Shown here: in pieces, positions 54,408 to 63,658 of the stretch | Layout: each line of letters begins with the position of its first letter | Position numbering within the stretch: the stretch's first letter is position 1 | Assembly: GCA_903927755.1 (NCBI GenBank) | Contig: CAIYOD010000139.1 | Span: forward strand, 185 to 64,184 | Direction of reading: 5' to 3' | DNA length: 64,000 bases | Source of the DNA: an uncultured Thermoleophilia bacterium | GTDB lineage: Bacteria; Actinomycetota; Thermoleophilia; UBA2241 | The notes under the pieces: generated by a model | What the model was told of the DNA's origin: nothing | What the model saw: the letters and a program-made list of their open reading frames with translations, nothing else | Database searches by the model: none | Program-made: the position numbers and the translations under genes

Positions 54408-56317
54408 GGCGCGGCCGTCCCGGCAGGCGCGGGGACGGAGCCGGCGATGCCGGCGGCCGCGGCGGTCTCGGTCAGGCCGAGGCGCTCGAGCTTCGCGGCC
54501 GAGGGCACGCCGTCCTCGTCCCAGCCGCGCGAGATGTAGTACTCGTCGAGCATCGGCGGCAAGTCCACCACCTGGCCGGCGGACGGCCCGGCAGGTACCG
54601 GCTCGTGCAGCAGCCGTGGCGGCAGTGTGTCCTCCGCGCGGGAGAACCCGGCCGCGAGATTGAAGAGCCGCTCGGCGTTCCAGATGCGCTCGCCGAGCAG
54701 CAGCAGCTCCTGCGGCTCCACCTGCTCGCCCCACACGGCACTGAGCTGGCGGGCATAGTAGTCCTCCTTCATGGCGAAGGCGGTGAACTTGCAGACGCTG
54801 AGCGAGTCGAGCACGGCGTTGAGGTTCTGGAGGTTGATGAGCAGGCCGGCCTTGCCGAGCGTGGCGAAGCGGTCGACCATCTTGGGCACGCCGAGGATCT
54901 CGGGGCTGAGCATGTTGGCGCGCAGATGGCAGCCGCCGCGGTTGCTGGTGGCGTACGCGAGGCCCTGAGCCTTCATGCCTCGTGGGTCGTACGCGGGAAT
55001 CTCGAGCTGCTTGACGCTCATGGAGAGCTCCGGCCTGCCGTACAGGGCCGCGAAGCGCGCCGAGCCGAGCGCGAGCTCGGCGCCGAGGCCCTCGCCCGCG
55101 GCCGTCGCCTCGGCGAGCTCGATGATGGCCCGCGCATCGCCGAAGCGCGGGCCGCCCGGCAGGAGGCCGAGCTCGGTGAGCTCCATGGCGCAGGCGATCG
55201 TGGAGCCCATGGTGATGGTGTCCATACCGGCGCGGTTGCAGGCGTAGTTGGCCTGCACGATCGCCGTGAGGTCGCTGACGCCGCACTGGGCCCCGAGCGC
55301 CCAGATGGTCTCGTACTCGGGGCCTTCGCCGGTCTGGCCGCCGGCGCTCGTGCGCCGGGCGCAGCCGATGATGCAGCCGCGGCAGGCGGAGCGGCGCTGC
55401 ACGTGGTCCTTCTTCAGCATCTCGCCGCAGATGCTGGCGGCGCCCTCGAACTGGCTCTCGCGATGATTGCGCGTCGGCATGGCTCCGGCCTGGTTCAGGA
55501 CGTTGACCAGCACCGACGTGCCGAACTCGGGAAGCGCCGTGGAGGTGATCGGATTGGACTTGAGCAGCTTCTCCGCCTCGTAGACGATGAACTCGAGGCG
55601 CTCCGGATCGGCGACCGTCGGCTTGTGGTCGCCGTGACCACCCAGGACCAGTGACTTGAGGCGCTTGGCGCCCATCACGGTGCCCAGGCCTCCGCGACCG
55701 ATCGAGCGGCCGCGGTTGTTGACGATGCTCGCGAACAGCACGCCGCGCTCCCCGGCCGGGCCGATGACGGCGGCCTCGGACTTGGGGTGCAGTTCGCGCA
55801 CGCGCTCGAGCGCCGCCGGGACCTCGAGGCCCCAGAGACCGGCGGCGGGACGCAGCGTCGCGTCGCCGGGACCGGCGAAGGGCTCCGCGGAGGGATCGGC
55901 CGGCGCAGCCTCGCCGGCGCCGTCCAGCCCGACGGTCACGTAGCCGGGCTCATCGAGCGCGCCGGTCACGACCAGGTAGTCCCAGCCGAGGCGGCGCAGG
56001 GCGTTGCCGAAGTTGCCGCCGGAGTTGCCGTCGAAGACGGTCCCGGTGAGCGGCGAGCGGCTGGTGACGCTGTAGCGGCCGCTCGCGGGGGCGCCGGTGC
56101 CCGTCAGCGGGCCCGGTGCGAAGATCAGCGGATTCTCAGGGGACAGCGGCTCCACGTCGTACAGCCGCTCGCGCAGGGCGAGGTAGGCGCCGAGGCCGCG
56201 CCCTCCGAGCCACAGGCGCGCGACCTCGGCCGGCAGTTCTTCTTCACTGGATGTCCGGTGTGAGAGATCGAGACGCAGGCCGCGAAGCGGCCGAAGGGCT
56301 GAGGCGGACGGTGTCAC
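54404..56317 (-). CDS. aor: Aldehyde:ferredoxin oxidoreductase (tungstopterin AOR family)
   Basis: Colinear with the Pyrococcus-type AOR consensus. Matching runs include LRLDLS...WLGGRGLGAYL, SPENPLIFAPGPLTGTGAPASGRYSV, the CRGCIIGC cluster motif, GEGPEYETIWALG, PAYDPRG and NRGGCH. The GTG at 56317 is the nearest plausible start; the ORF track over-extends to 57130. Confidence 0.9.
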   Translation of the reverse strand: MTPSASALRPLRGLRLDLSHRTSSEEELPAEVARLWLGGRGLGAYLALRERLYDVEPLSPENPLIFAPGPLTGTGAPASGRYSVTSRSPLTGTVFDGNSGGNFGNALRRLGWDYLVVTGALDEPGYVTVGLDGAGEAAPADPSAEPFAGPGDATLRPAAGLWGLEVPAALERVRELHPKSEAAVIGPAGERGVLFASIVNNRGRSIGRGGLGTVMGAKRLKSLVLGGHGDHKPTVADPERLEFIVYEAEKLLKSNPITSTALPEFGTSVLVNVLNQAGAMPTRNHRESQFEGAASICGEMLKKDHVQRRSACRGCIIGCARRTSAGGQTGEGPEYETIWALGAQCGVSDLTAIVQANYACNRAGMDTITMGSTIACAMELTELGLLPGGPRFGDARAIIELAEATAAGEGLGAELALGSARFAALYGRPELSMSVKQLEIPAYDPRGMKAQGLAYATSNRGGCHLRANMLSPEILGVPKMVDRFATLGKAGLLINLQNLNAVLDSLSVCKFTAFAMKEDYYARQLSAVWGEQVEPQELLLLGERIWNAERLFNLAAGFSRAEDTLPPRLLHEPVPAGPSAGQVVDLPPMLDEYYISRGWDEDGVPSAAKLERLGLTETAAAAGIAGSVPAPAGTAAP

Positions 56318-56355
56318 CCCGCGAGTATAGACGGTCGAGGGGACCCGGACCGCCC

Positions 56356-57432
56356 TCAGCCGCGCGCCGGGGACGGCCCCGCGGCGTCTCGCCACTCCCC
56401 GAGGGACAGCGCGTGCTCCGCCATGGCCGCGCCGTAGCACTCGCGCCGGCCGTGGCGCGTCATGCCGAGCTTGTCGAGCACGTGCAGCGAGGCGGCATTG
56501 GCCGGGTCCGCGACGGCGACGATGCGGTGCAGGCGCAGACCGGCGAACCCCCAGCGCACGACGGCTCGCGCCGCCTCGGTCGCGTAGCCGCGACCCCAGG
56601 CGGCGCGCGCCAGCGTGTAGCCCATCTCGATATCCGGGCCGGCCTCCAGGTGCTGCAGGCCGGCCTCTCCCACCAGCCGCCCGGTGTCGCGTTCGGTGAT
56701 CGCCAGCAGGCCGAACCCGTGCTCGGACCAGTCCGCGTCCGCCCTCGCGAGCAGAGCCTCGACCTGCTCTCGCCCGAGCGGCCGCCGTTCTGCACCGACG
56801 TAGCGCATGACCTCGGCGTCGCCGAAGACGTCGAGCAGCGGCTCGAGGTCGGCGGCGGTGAACCGCCGCAGCTCGAGCCGTTCGGTCAGCAGAGGGGGCA
56901 CGGCCGCCGCCCGCTCGGCCCGCCAGTCGGCGGCGGCCACCTCGTACTTCGCCCAGCGCTTGCCCCAGTACTCGGCCTCGCCGAGCGCCCGCATCCCGAG
57001 CTTCGCGAGCACGCGGAGCGACGCGACGTTCTCCGGCTTCGCGATGCCGACGACGCGCTCGAGACCGGCTTCGTCGAAGGCGAGCTCGAGTGCGACGGCG
57101 CCGGCCTCCGTGGCGTAGCCGGCCCCCCACGACGACGGCTCCAGCGCGTACGTGAGCTCGACGTCCGGTCCGCCGTCCAACGGCTGCAGGCCGGCGATGC
57201 CGACCAGACGGTCGCCGTCACGCTCGCTCACCCGCCACTGCGAGTAGCCGAGGCGCCGCTGCATCTCTTCCAGGTGCGCCGCCCACTCCCCGGCCTCGGC
57301 CACATCCGAGGGCGGCGCGCCGTTCCAGAAGCGCATGACCCGCGGCGCGGCGAAGACGGCGAAGACGTCGGCGCCGTCGCCGGCCGTCAGCGGCCGGATG
57401 GTCAACCTAGTGGTGACGAGCGGGAGCGGCAT
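56356..57432 (-). CDS. Tandem-domain GNAT N-acetyltransferase (two RimJ/RimL-like Acetyltransf_3 domains)
   Basis: There are two similar halves, beginning TTRLTIRPLTAGDGADVFAVF and TERLELRRFTAADLEPLLDVF. Each has a GNAT core (RLVGIAGL... / RLVGEAGL... followed by WGxGYATEA). Confidence 0.85.
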   Translation of the reverse strand: MPLPLVTTRLTIRPLTAGDGADVFAVFAAPRVMRFWNGAPPSDVAEAGEWAAHLEEMQRRLGYSQWRVSERDGDRLVGIAGLQPLDGGPDVELTYALEPSSWGAGYATEAGAVALELAFDEAGLERVVGIAKPENVASLRVLAKLGMRALGEAEYWGKRWAKYEVAAADWRAERAAAVPPLLTERLELRRFTAADLEPLLDVFGDAEVMRYVGAERRPLGREQVEALLARADADWSEHGFGLLAITERDTGRLVGEAGLQHLEAGPDIEMGYTLARAAWGRGYATEAARAVVRWGFAGLRLHRIVAVADPANAASLHVLDKLGMTRHGRRECYGAAMAEHALSLGEWRDAAGPSPARG

Positions 57433-57553
57433 GCGGACAGGATAGACGACCGCCGGGCCGGCCGCGGAACCGGGCGACCCCGGGACGCAGGACGGCGGCG
57501 GGAGAGGCTGCCGCGCAGCGCAGCCCCGCCCGCCGCCGTCCGGATCCTTGGCC

Positions 57554-58903
57554 TTACAGCGCCTTGCGCCGGTCGACGACGCGCACGGCCTTGCCCTCGG
57601 AGCGCTGGATCGTCTTGGGCTCCTTGAGCTTCACCGCGCACTGGATGTTGAGCACGTTGTAGATCTGCGACTGCACGCTGCGCTGGAAGCGCTCCAGGTC
57701 GCCCATGGTCTCGGCGAAGATGTCTTCGCCCACCTCGACCCACACCTCGATGATGTCGAGGTAGCCCTTGCGGTCCACCACGATCTGGTAGTGCGGCTCG
57801 ATCGACGGGATGCTCATGAGCACCTCTTCGATCTGGCTCGGGAAGACGTTGACGCCCCTGATGATGAGCATGTCGTCGCTGCGTCCGATGGGCTTGCTCA
57901 TGCGCACCGAGGTGCGGCCGCAGGCGCACGGCTCGGCGATGAGCGTGCACAGGTCGCGGGTGCGGTAGCGGATGAGCGGCTGGGCCACCCGGCTGAGGGT
58001 CGTGAACACGAGCTCCCCGACCTCGCCGTAGGGCAGCGGCCGCAGCGTCTCCGGATCGATGATCTCGGCGAGGTAGTGGTCCTCGCTCACGTGCATGCCT
58101 GCCTTGCACAGGCACTCGTAGCCGACGCCGGGGCCGCCCATCTCGGAGAGGCCGTAGATGTCGAGCGCGTGCTCGCCGAGCCCGGCCTCGATCTGCACGC
58201 GGAGCTCGTTGGTCCACGGCTCCGCACCGTGGAAGCCCACGCGCAGCGGCAGGTCCTCCGGCCGCAGCCCGCGGTCGCGCGCGGCGTCGGCCAGGTACAT
58301 GGCGTAGGACGGCGTGCAGCTGAGCGCGGTGGCGCCGAAGTCGCGCATGATCTTGAGCTGCCGCTCGGTGTTGCCGCCGGAGATCGGCACGACGGTGCAG
58401 CCCAGGCGCTCGGCGCCGAGGTGCAGGCCGAGCCCGCCGGTGAAGAGGCCGTAGCCGAAGGCGTTCTGGAGGAGGTCGCCCGGCGCCACGCCGCCTGCGG
58501 CGAGGGTCCGGGCGATCAGGTCGGCCCAGACGTCCAGGTCGCCGCGCGTGTACCCGACGGTGGTCGGGTTGCCCGTGGTGCCGGAGCTGGCGTGCACGCG
58601 CACGACGTCTTCACGCGGGCTCGCGAACATCCCGAACGGGTAGTGGTCGCGCAGGTCGATCTTGGTGGTGAAGGGCAGGTCGGCGACGTCGCCGTGGCAG
58701 GTCACGTCGCCGGGCTTCACGCCGAGCTCGTCCAGCTTCTTGCGGTAGAACGGGACGTTCTCGTACGCGTTCTCCAGCGTCGCCCGCAGGCGCTCGATCT
58801 GGAGGTCGCCGAGCTGCCTGGTCGGCAGCGTCTCGGCGGCCGGCTGCCAGTACAGCCCGCCGGCGGCGTCCTTGGTCAGGTGTTCCTCGGAGGCCGTGGT
58901 CAC
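57554..58903 (-). CDS. paaK: Phenylacetate-CoA ligase (PaaK family adenylate-forming enzyme)
   Basis: The GTG at 58903 overlaps the upstream stop (GTGA). Contains LENAYENVPFYRKKLDELGV, HASSGTTGNPTTVGYT, YGLSEMGGPGV and IIRGVNVFPSQIEEV. Confidence 0.9.
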   Translation of the reverse strand: MTTASEEHLTKDAAGGLYWQPAAETLPTRQLGDLQIERLRATLENAYENVPFYRKKLDELGVKPGDVTCHGDVADLPFTTKIDLRDHYPFGMFASPREDVVRVHASSGTTGNPTTVGYTRGDLDVWADLIARTLAAGGVAPGDLLQNAFGYGLFTGGLGLHLGAERLGCTVVPISGGNTERQLKIMRDFGATALSCTPSYAMYLADAARDRGLRPEDLPLRVGFHGAEPWTNELRVQIEAGLGEHALDIYGLSEMGGPGVGYECLCKAGMHVSEDHYLAEIIDPETLRPLPYGEVGELVFTTLSRVAQPLIRYRTRDLCTLIAEPCACGRTSVRMSKPIGRSDDMLIIRGVNVFPSQIEEVLMSIPSIEPHYQIVVDRKGYLDIIEVWVEVGEDIFAETMGDLERFQRSVQSQIYNVLNIQCAVKLKEPKTIQRSEGKAVRVVDRRKAL

Positions 58904-59313
58904 AGCGCCCGCACCTCCTCGTCGCTGAGCAGCGTCACCTTGCCGTCCAGCAGCTCGACGGCGCGGTCGATGTCGCGCACCGCGAAGCAGATGTTCCAGA
59001 ACGAGATGCTGTAGAGGTAATCGATGGACACGCCCGCGTCCCGGAGTTGGTCGAGGACCCCGGCGAGTCCGCCGGGCACGTCGTCGACTTTGACGCAGAG
59101 CACCTGCGAGAAGTGCGTCGTGAATCCGGCCTCGTGCAGCAGCGCTCGCGCGCGATCGGGGTCGGTGAGGATGAGACGGACGATGCCGTACTCGGCAGCC
59201 TCCGTCGTGGAGAAACCGCGGATGTTGATGCCGGCCTGGCCGAGGATATCGGCGACTTCGGCCAGACGACCGCTGCGGTTCTCGAGGAACACGGTGAGCT
59301 GCGTGACCTTCAC
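58900..59313 (-). CDS. ACT-domain protein (tandem ACT, small-molecule binding)
   Basis: The GTG at 59313 overlaps the iorB stop. VKVTQLTVFLENRSGRLAEVADILGQAGINIRGF is a typical ACT beta-alpha-beta start, and a second ACT-like half follows. Confidence 0.8.
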   Translation of the reverse strand: MKVTQLTVFLENRSGRLAEVADILGQAGINIRGFSTTEAAEYGIVRLILTDPDRARALLHEAGFTTHFSQVLCVKVDDVPGGLAGVLDQLRDAGVSIDYLYSISFWNICFAVRDIDRAVELLDGKVTLLSDEEVRAL

Positions 59314-59906
59314 GACTCGACCTCCTGGCTCGCGACCGCGGCACGCCCGAGTTCGAACGCGCGCAGATTGACTTCGAGGATCCTGGCCGGCACGGCGGTC
59401 TCGAGGCCGCGCCGCCATTCTGCTTCACTGAAGGGAAGGACGGTGGAAGCGGCGCCGAGCAGCGCGACGTTGACGGCGCGCAGCGTGCCGGCCTGCAGCG
59501 CGATGCCCTCGGCGTCGACGGCGACCAGCCGCACGCCGCGCAGCGCGGCCGCGCCGGCCAGGTCGTCCGGGTAGTCCTCCTCGCGCCGCAGCACGCTTCC
59601 CGGCGTGATGCGCGTCGTGGACGCGCAGACCATCGTGCCCCTAGCGCCCAGCAGATCGAGGCCGCGGATGCCCTCCAGGAGCTCGGTGGCGATGACGACA
59701 TCGGCGTGCGAGCCGACCGGCGACCACACGTGCTCGCCGAAACGCACCGTGCTGAGGACGCTGCCGCCGCGCTGCGCCATACCCTTGACCTCGCTGGCCT
59801 TGACCTCGAGGCCGGCGCCGGCCGCGGTCTCGGCGAGGACGGCGGCGCCCAGCAGGATGCCCTGGCCGCCGACGCCGGCGAGCGTGACCGTCGTCGTGCC
59901 GTTCAC
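59310..59906 (-). CDS. iorB: Indolepyruvate:ferredoxin oxidoreductase beta subunit
   Basis: The GTG at 59906 overlaps the iorA stop. TVTLAGVGGQGILLGAAVLAETA...EVKGMAQRGGSV is typical of the POR-gamma/IorB family. Confidence 0.85.
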   Translation of the reverse strand: MNGTTTVTLAGVGGQGILLGAAVLAETAAGAGLEVKASEVKGMAQRGGSVLSTVRFGEHVWSPVGSHADVVIATELLEGIRGLDLLGARGTMVCASTTRITPGSVLRREEDYPDDLAGAAALRGVRLVAVDAEGIALQAGTLRAVNVALLGAASTVLPFSEAEWRRGLETAVPARILEVNLRAFELGRAAVASQEVES

Positions 59907-61690
59907 GACGGGTCCTCGGCGCAGGAGAGGCTGAGCGCTCCGCGCTTGCACACCGAGACGCACAGGCCGCACCCGGTGCACGTCTCGAGCACGGCGATCG
60001 CGTCCTCGCCAGGCGCGATGGCGGGACAGCCGAGGTCGACGCACAAGCCGCAGAGATTGCAGCGCTCCTCGTCAACCACGACCTCGCCGGCCTGCTCGCG
60101 CGTCACGAGCACGCAGGGCGCGAGCGCGATGATCACGCCGAGCCCCGCCGCCTTCGCCTCTTCCTTGATGGCTGTGTCCAGCGCCTTGTGGTCGGTGGCG
60201 TCGACGGTGACGCAGCGCACGCCGATGCCCTCGCACAACTTCTGGATGTCCACCGAGGGGCCCTGGGCGCGGTCCGGGCGCAGCCCAGTGCCGGGGTGTC
60301 CCTGGTGGCCGGTCATGGCCGTCGTCCGGTTGTCGAGGATGACGACCATGCCCTCGACCTCGTTGTAGAAGGCGTCGATGAGCGGCGTGACGCCGGAGTG
60401 GAAGAAGGTGGAATCGCCGATCACGCCCACTGCCGCCTTGCGACCGAGCGCCTTGTTGAAGCCGGCCATCATCCCGATGCTCGCGCCCATGCAGAGGCAG
60501 CTGTCGAGCGCCAGCAGAGGCGGCAGGGCGCCAAGCGTGTAGCAGCCGATGTCACCCATCGGGGCGAGCCGGCGCTTGCGCAGCGCGGAGTAGACGGAGC
60601 GGTGCGAGCAGCCGGGACAGAGCACCGGCGGCCTGACGGGCAGGCCCGGCGCCGGCTGCGGTGGCGTGGCGAGCTTGGGCGCCGGCGGCATGACCGGCCT
60701 CCGGCGCCGCGGCGGCTTGCGCTGCACGTAGGGCTCGAGCGCGCGGAAGACCTTCTCCTGGTCGAGCTCTCCGTCGGCCGGGATGGCGGCCTTGCCGATC
60801 ACGGGGAGGCCGAGCGCGCGCACCTGCTCTTCGAAGAACGGGTCGAGCTCCTCGACGACCGCGACGCGAGAGACATGATCGTAGAGGCGCGCGACCTTGG
60901 CGTACGGCAGCGGATGCGACATGCCCAGCTTGAGGAACCAGGCCTTGGGGAACGCCTCGCGGGCGTAGGCATACGCGACGCCCGAGGCGATGATGCCGAA
61001 GTCGGAGGAGCCTGCCTCGAGGACGTTGAGCGGGCTCTCCTCCGCGCGCCTCCGCAGCTTCTCGAGGCGCTCGAGGACGAGCCGGTTACGCTGCCGTGCG
61101 TACTGCGGGACCATGACGTACTTGCTGATGTCCCGCGCGTAATCGCGCGGCTCCACCTCGACCGGCACGCGCGGCAGAACCTGCCCACGGCCGTGCGAGA
61201 TCCGCGTCGTGGTCCGGAGCATGACCGGCGTGTCGAACTCCTCGGAGAGTGCGAACGCCTCGGCGACGAAGTCGTAGGCCTCCTGGCTGTCGGAGGGTTC
61301 GAGCATCGGGATCTTGGCGAACTTCGCGTAGTTGCGGTTGTCCTGCTCGTTCTGCGACGAGTGCATGCCGGGGTCGTCGGCGCTGATGATGACGAGGCCG
61401 GCGTTGACGCCCGTGAGCGACAGCGTCATGAACGGGTCGGCGGCGACGTTGAGCCCCACGTGCTTCATGGTGACGATGGTGCGCACGCCGGCGAGCGAGG
61501 CGCCCACCGCGGTCTCGAGCGCGACCTTCTCGTTGACGCACCACTCGCTGTGGATGCCCTCCAGCCCGGCGGTCGCCTCGATGATCTCGGTGGAAGGCGT
61601 GCCGGGATAGCCGCACGCGAACCGCGCCCCGGCGCGGACGGCGCCGTGGGCGATCGCTTCGTTCCCGGAGAAGAAGAGCTGGCGTTCCAT
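59903..61690 (-). CDS. iorA: Indolepyruvate:ferredoxin oxidoreductase alpha subunit
   Basis: Start at ATG 61690 (MERQLFFSGNEAIAHGAVRAGARFACGYPGTPSTEI). TPP-binding GDSTFFHSG. Two C-terminal [4Fe-4S] motifs, CNLCGLCVDLGCP and CTGCGLCVSVC. Confidence 0.9.
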   Translation of the reverse strand: MERQLFFSGNEAIAHGAVRAGARFACGYPGTPSTEIIEATAGLEGIHSEWCVNEKVALETAVGASLAGVRTIVTMKHVGLNVAADPFMTLSLTGVNAGLVIISADDPGMHSSQNEQDNRNYAKFAKIPMLEPSDSQEAYDFVAEAFALSEEFDTPVMLRTTTRISHGRGQVLPRVPVEVEPRDYARDISKYVMVPQYARQRNRLVLERLEKLRRRAEESPLNVLEAGSSDFGIIASGVAYAYAREAFPKAWFLKLGMSHPLPYAKVARLYDHVSRVAVVEELDPFFEEQVRALGLPVIGKAAIPADGELDQEKVFRALEPYVQRKPPRRRRPVMPPAPKLATPPQPAPGLPVRPPVLCPGCSHRSVYSALRKRRLAPMGDIGCYTLGALPPLLALDSCLCMGASIGMMAGFNKALGRKAAVGVIGDSTFFHSGVTPLIDAFYNEVEGMVVILDNRTTAMTGHQGHPGTGLRPDRAQGPSVDIQKLCEGIGVRCVTVDATDHKALDTAIKEEAKAAGLGVIIALAPCVLVTREQAGEVVVDEERCNLCGLCVDLGCPAIAPGEDAIAVLETCTGCGLCVSVCKRGALSLSCAEDPS

Positions 61691-61827
61691 GGGGGGGACG
61701 ATTCTAGCCGAGGCGGAGCCTCGCGCGCCACTCCCTCCGGGCTCCCGGAGTCGTCCCCTCGGGCAAGAGGCGCCGCCTGCGCGCGATAACGCACATGCCG
61801 GCCTCAACCCAAACCCTTAACCAGACC

Positions 61828-61856
61828 TTGAAGGATTCGCGTTTTCCTGACAGAAT
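61828..61856 (+). promoter_or_regulatory. Candidate sigma70-type promoter upstream of the GGDEF-like gene
   Basis: TTGAAG-N17-CAGAAT in a locally AT-richer stretch of the iorA/61913 divergent spacer. This is a pattern match only. Confidence 0.3.
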
Positions 61857-61912
61857 AGTCACGGCATGCAGCGCGCATCCTTCACGCCTCGCATGATCCG
61901 GACGGCCTTCGA

Positions 61913-62911
61913 GTGAGCCGCCCGTCTCGCAGACGCCGCGACCCGGCGCTCCTGCGAGCACGCTACCGGACCCTCTTCTTTCTCTTCCTGACCGCGCTGG
62001 CGCTGGCGCTGGGGCACCTCGCCGCGGCGGCGCCGGCCTTGGCCGGCGCCCTCGTCGGCGCGTATTCGATCCGCGTGGCCGGCAAACGGCCCGCGGAGCT
62101 CGCGCACACGTTCGTGGTGCTCGACTGGGCGCTCCTCGGCATCGCGCTCGTGCTCTCCGGCGGCGCCGGAAGCTGGCTGCTCGTCACCGTACCGTTCCTG
62201 GCGATGGGCCAGCTCGCGGGGGCGCCGCGCGACGAGTGGCCGTTCCTCGTCGGACCGTCCCTGCTCCTCGTCGTCATCCTCGCGATCGCCGACCCGTCGC
62301 TGGCCGGCAGCCGTTTCCTTTCCGTCACCAAGGTGGCCGTGCTGGTCGCCGGCGGTTGCGTCGCGGCCACGCGACTCAGGCGCCGCCCGGCCCCCGCCCA
62401 CAGGCGGCAGCAGCACGCCCCCAAGGTCGACGTCAGCACCGGCCTGTCCACGGGCACGTGCCTGCCCGGGTTCCTGGAGACGACCACGGCGGCCGCGCTC
62501 GGAGAGCACCAGCCGCTCAGCGTCGTGTTCGTGCGGCTCGAGCACTACGAGGACAGCCGCAACTTCCTCGGCGCCGAGGGCAGCGAGGAACTGGTCCGCG
62601 GCGTGGCGCGACGGGCCGAGCGGCGCGCCGGCGCCGACGGGCGCGCCTTCAGGGTGCGGCCGGACAGCCTCGTGCTGGTGCTCCCGGGCCTCTCGCTCGG
62701 TGAGGCGCGGCAAGCCGCCGCCGAGCTCGCGCACGAAGTCAGCTCGAGCCTCATCGCCGGGCGCCGGCAGACGCTGGCCACCGGCGCTTCCTCGTTCCCC
62801 ACGGTGCGGCGCATCGAGGACCTCCTCGCCGCTGCCCGCGACGAAGCCCTCCCCGCGCCGGCGACCGCGCAGGTCACGGGTACGGTCGTGCCGCTGGCGG
62901 CAGCGCAGTAG
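61913..62911 (+). CDS. Membrane protein with a degenerate GGDEF (diguanylate-cyclase-like) domain
   Basis: GTG start and 4-5 N-terminal TM helices. The C-terminal domain is colinear with GGDEF domains (SVVFVRLEHYEDSRNFLGAEGSEELVRGVARR...), but the active-site position reads RVRPDSLVLVLPG instead of R-x-GG(D/E)EF. Confidence 0.75.
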   Translation: MSRPSRRRRDPALLRARYRTLFFLFLTALALALGHLAAAAPALAGALVGAYSIRVAGKRPAELAHTFVVLDWALLGIALVLSGGAGSWLLVTVPFLAMGQLAGAPRDEWPFLVGPSLLLVVILAIADPSLAGSRFLSVTKVAVLVAGGCVAATRLRRRPAPAHRRQQHAPKVDVSTGLSTGTCLPGFLETTTAAALGEHQPLSVVFVRLEHYEDSRNFLGAEGSEELVRGVARRAERRAGADGRAFRVRPDSLVLVLPGLSLGEARQAAAELAHEVSSSLIAGRRQTLATGASSFPTVRRIEDLLAAARDEALPAPATAQVTGTVVPLAAAQ

Positions 62912-62921
62912 CCGATGTGCC

Positions 62922-62936
62922 GGGCCGTGACGGCCC
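62922..62936 (+). terminator. Candidate short stem-loop after the GGDEF-like gene
   Basis: gggccg-tga-cggccc (6-bp GC stem, 3-nt loop), 11 nt after the stop and followed by acgtcttg. The T-tract is weak. Confidence 0.3.
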
Positions 62937-62976
62937 ACGTCTTGCCACTCCCCATGCGCCTCGTTAGTCTTCGCTT

Positions 62977-63276
62977 GTGGAGATCGACATCACCAGCCAG
63001 CAGGTGCCCGAGGGCGTGGCCGTCCAGGTCAAGGTGCTGCTCTCGGGGCGTGAGACCAGCCGGCTGTTCGTGAGCGGCGACACCCTCATCCAGCTCCCGC
63101 TGGACGGGTCCCTGCCCGACACCGACGGCTCCCCCGTCCCCCGCTCGAGCATCTTCCTCAGCGAATTGGCCGGCAAGCGTGACGGCCTCTTCCGGACCTT
63201 CGGCGACGCCGCGGCGGCGCAGGCCTTCGCGGGCGTCGTGCGCAGCCAACTCGAGACCGCCTTGGAGGCGTCATGA
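62977..63276 (+). CDS. Hypothetical protein (99 aa), translationally coupled to the Roadblock/LC7 gene
   Basis: GTG start and very high third-position GC throughout. The stop overlaps the downstream ATG (ATGA). I recognise no family. Confidence 0.65.
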   Translation: MEIDITSQQVPEGVAVQVKVLLSGRETSRLFVSGDTLIQLPLDGSLPDTDGSPVPRSSIFLSELAGKRDGLFRTFGDAAAAQAFAGVVRSQLETALEAS

Positions 63277-63614
63277 CCGACCAGGCCGACATCCTCGCCG
63301 CCCAGCTCGCCCCCTACCGGGAGACACCCGGGATCGTCGCCGCCCTGCTCATCTCCCGGGACGGGTTCGTGATCGCGGCCGACGCCGACCCCGGCTTCAA
63401 CGCCGACGCCGTCGCCGCCCAGGTGGCCGGCGTGATCGACATCGGCGCCCGGCTCGCGACCGAGCTGCGACGGCCGGAGGCCAAGTACATCTCGGTCGGC
63501 TTCGACGACCTCAACCTCGTGCTCGCTCCCTTCGGCAGCGAGCTCATGCTCGTGCTCGCCGGCGCGCCCAGCGCCCTCGCCTGCGAGTACCGCCTCACCA
63601 GACCAGGCGCGTGA
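63273..63614 (+). CDS. Roadblock/LC7 (MglB-like) domain protein
   Basis: ETPGIVAALLISRDGFVIAADADPGFNADAVAAQVAGVIDIGARLATEL...LNLVLAPFGSELMLVLAG matches the Robl_LC7 pattern. Confidence 0.8.
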   Translation: MTDQADILAAQLAPYRETPGIVAALLISRDGFVIAADADPGFNADAVAAQVAGVIDIGARLATELRRPEAKYISVGFDDLNLVLAPFGSELMLVLAGAPSALACEYRLTRPGA

Positions 63615-63658
63615 CCGCCCGGCCGGCGCAGCCGGCCGGACCGACCAAGGAGACTCTC

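Noticed and set aside
54408-59701. Over-extended N-termini of the aldolase (to 55286), AOR (to 57130) and paaK (to 59701) ORFs
   Set aside because: Each extension overlaps the upstream gene in a different frame. Homology-consistent N-termini begin at GTG codons that overlap the preceding stop (GTGA).
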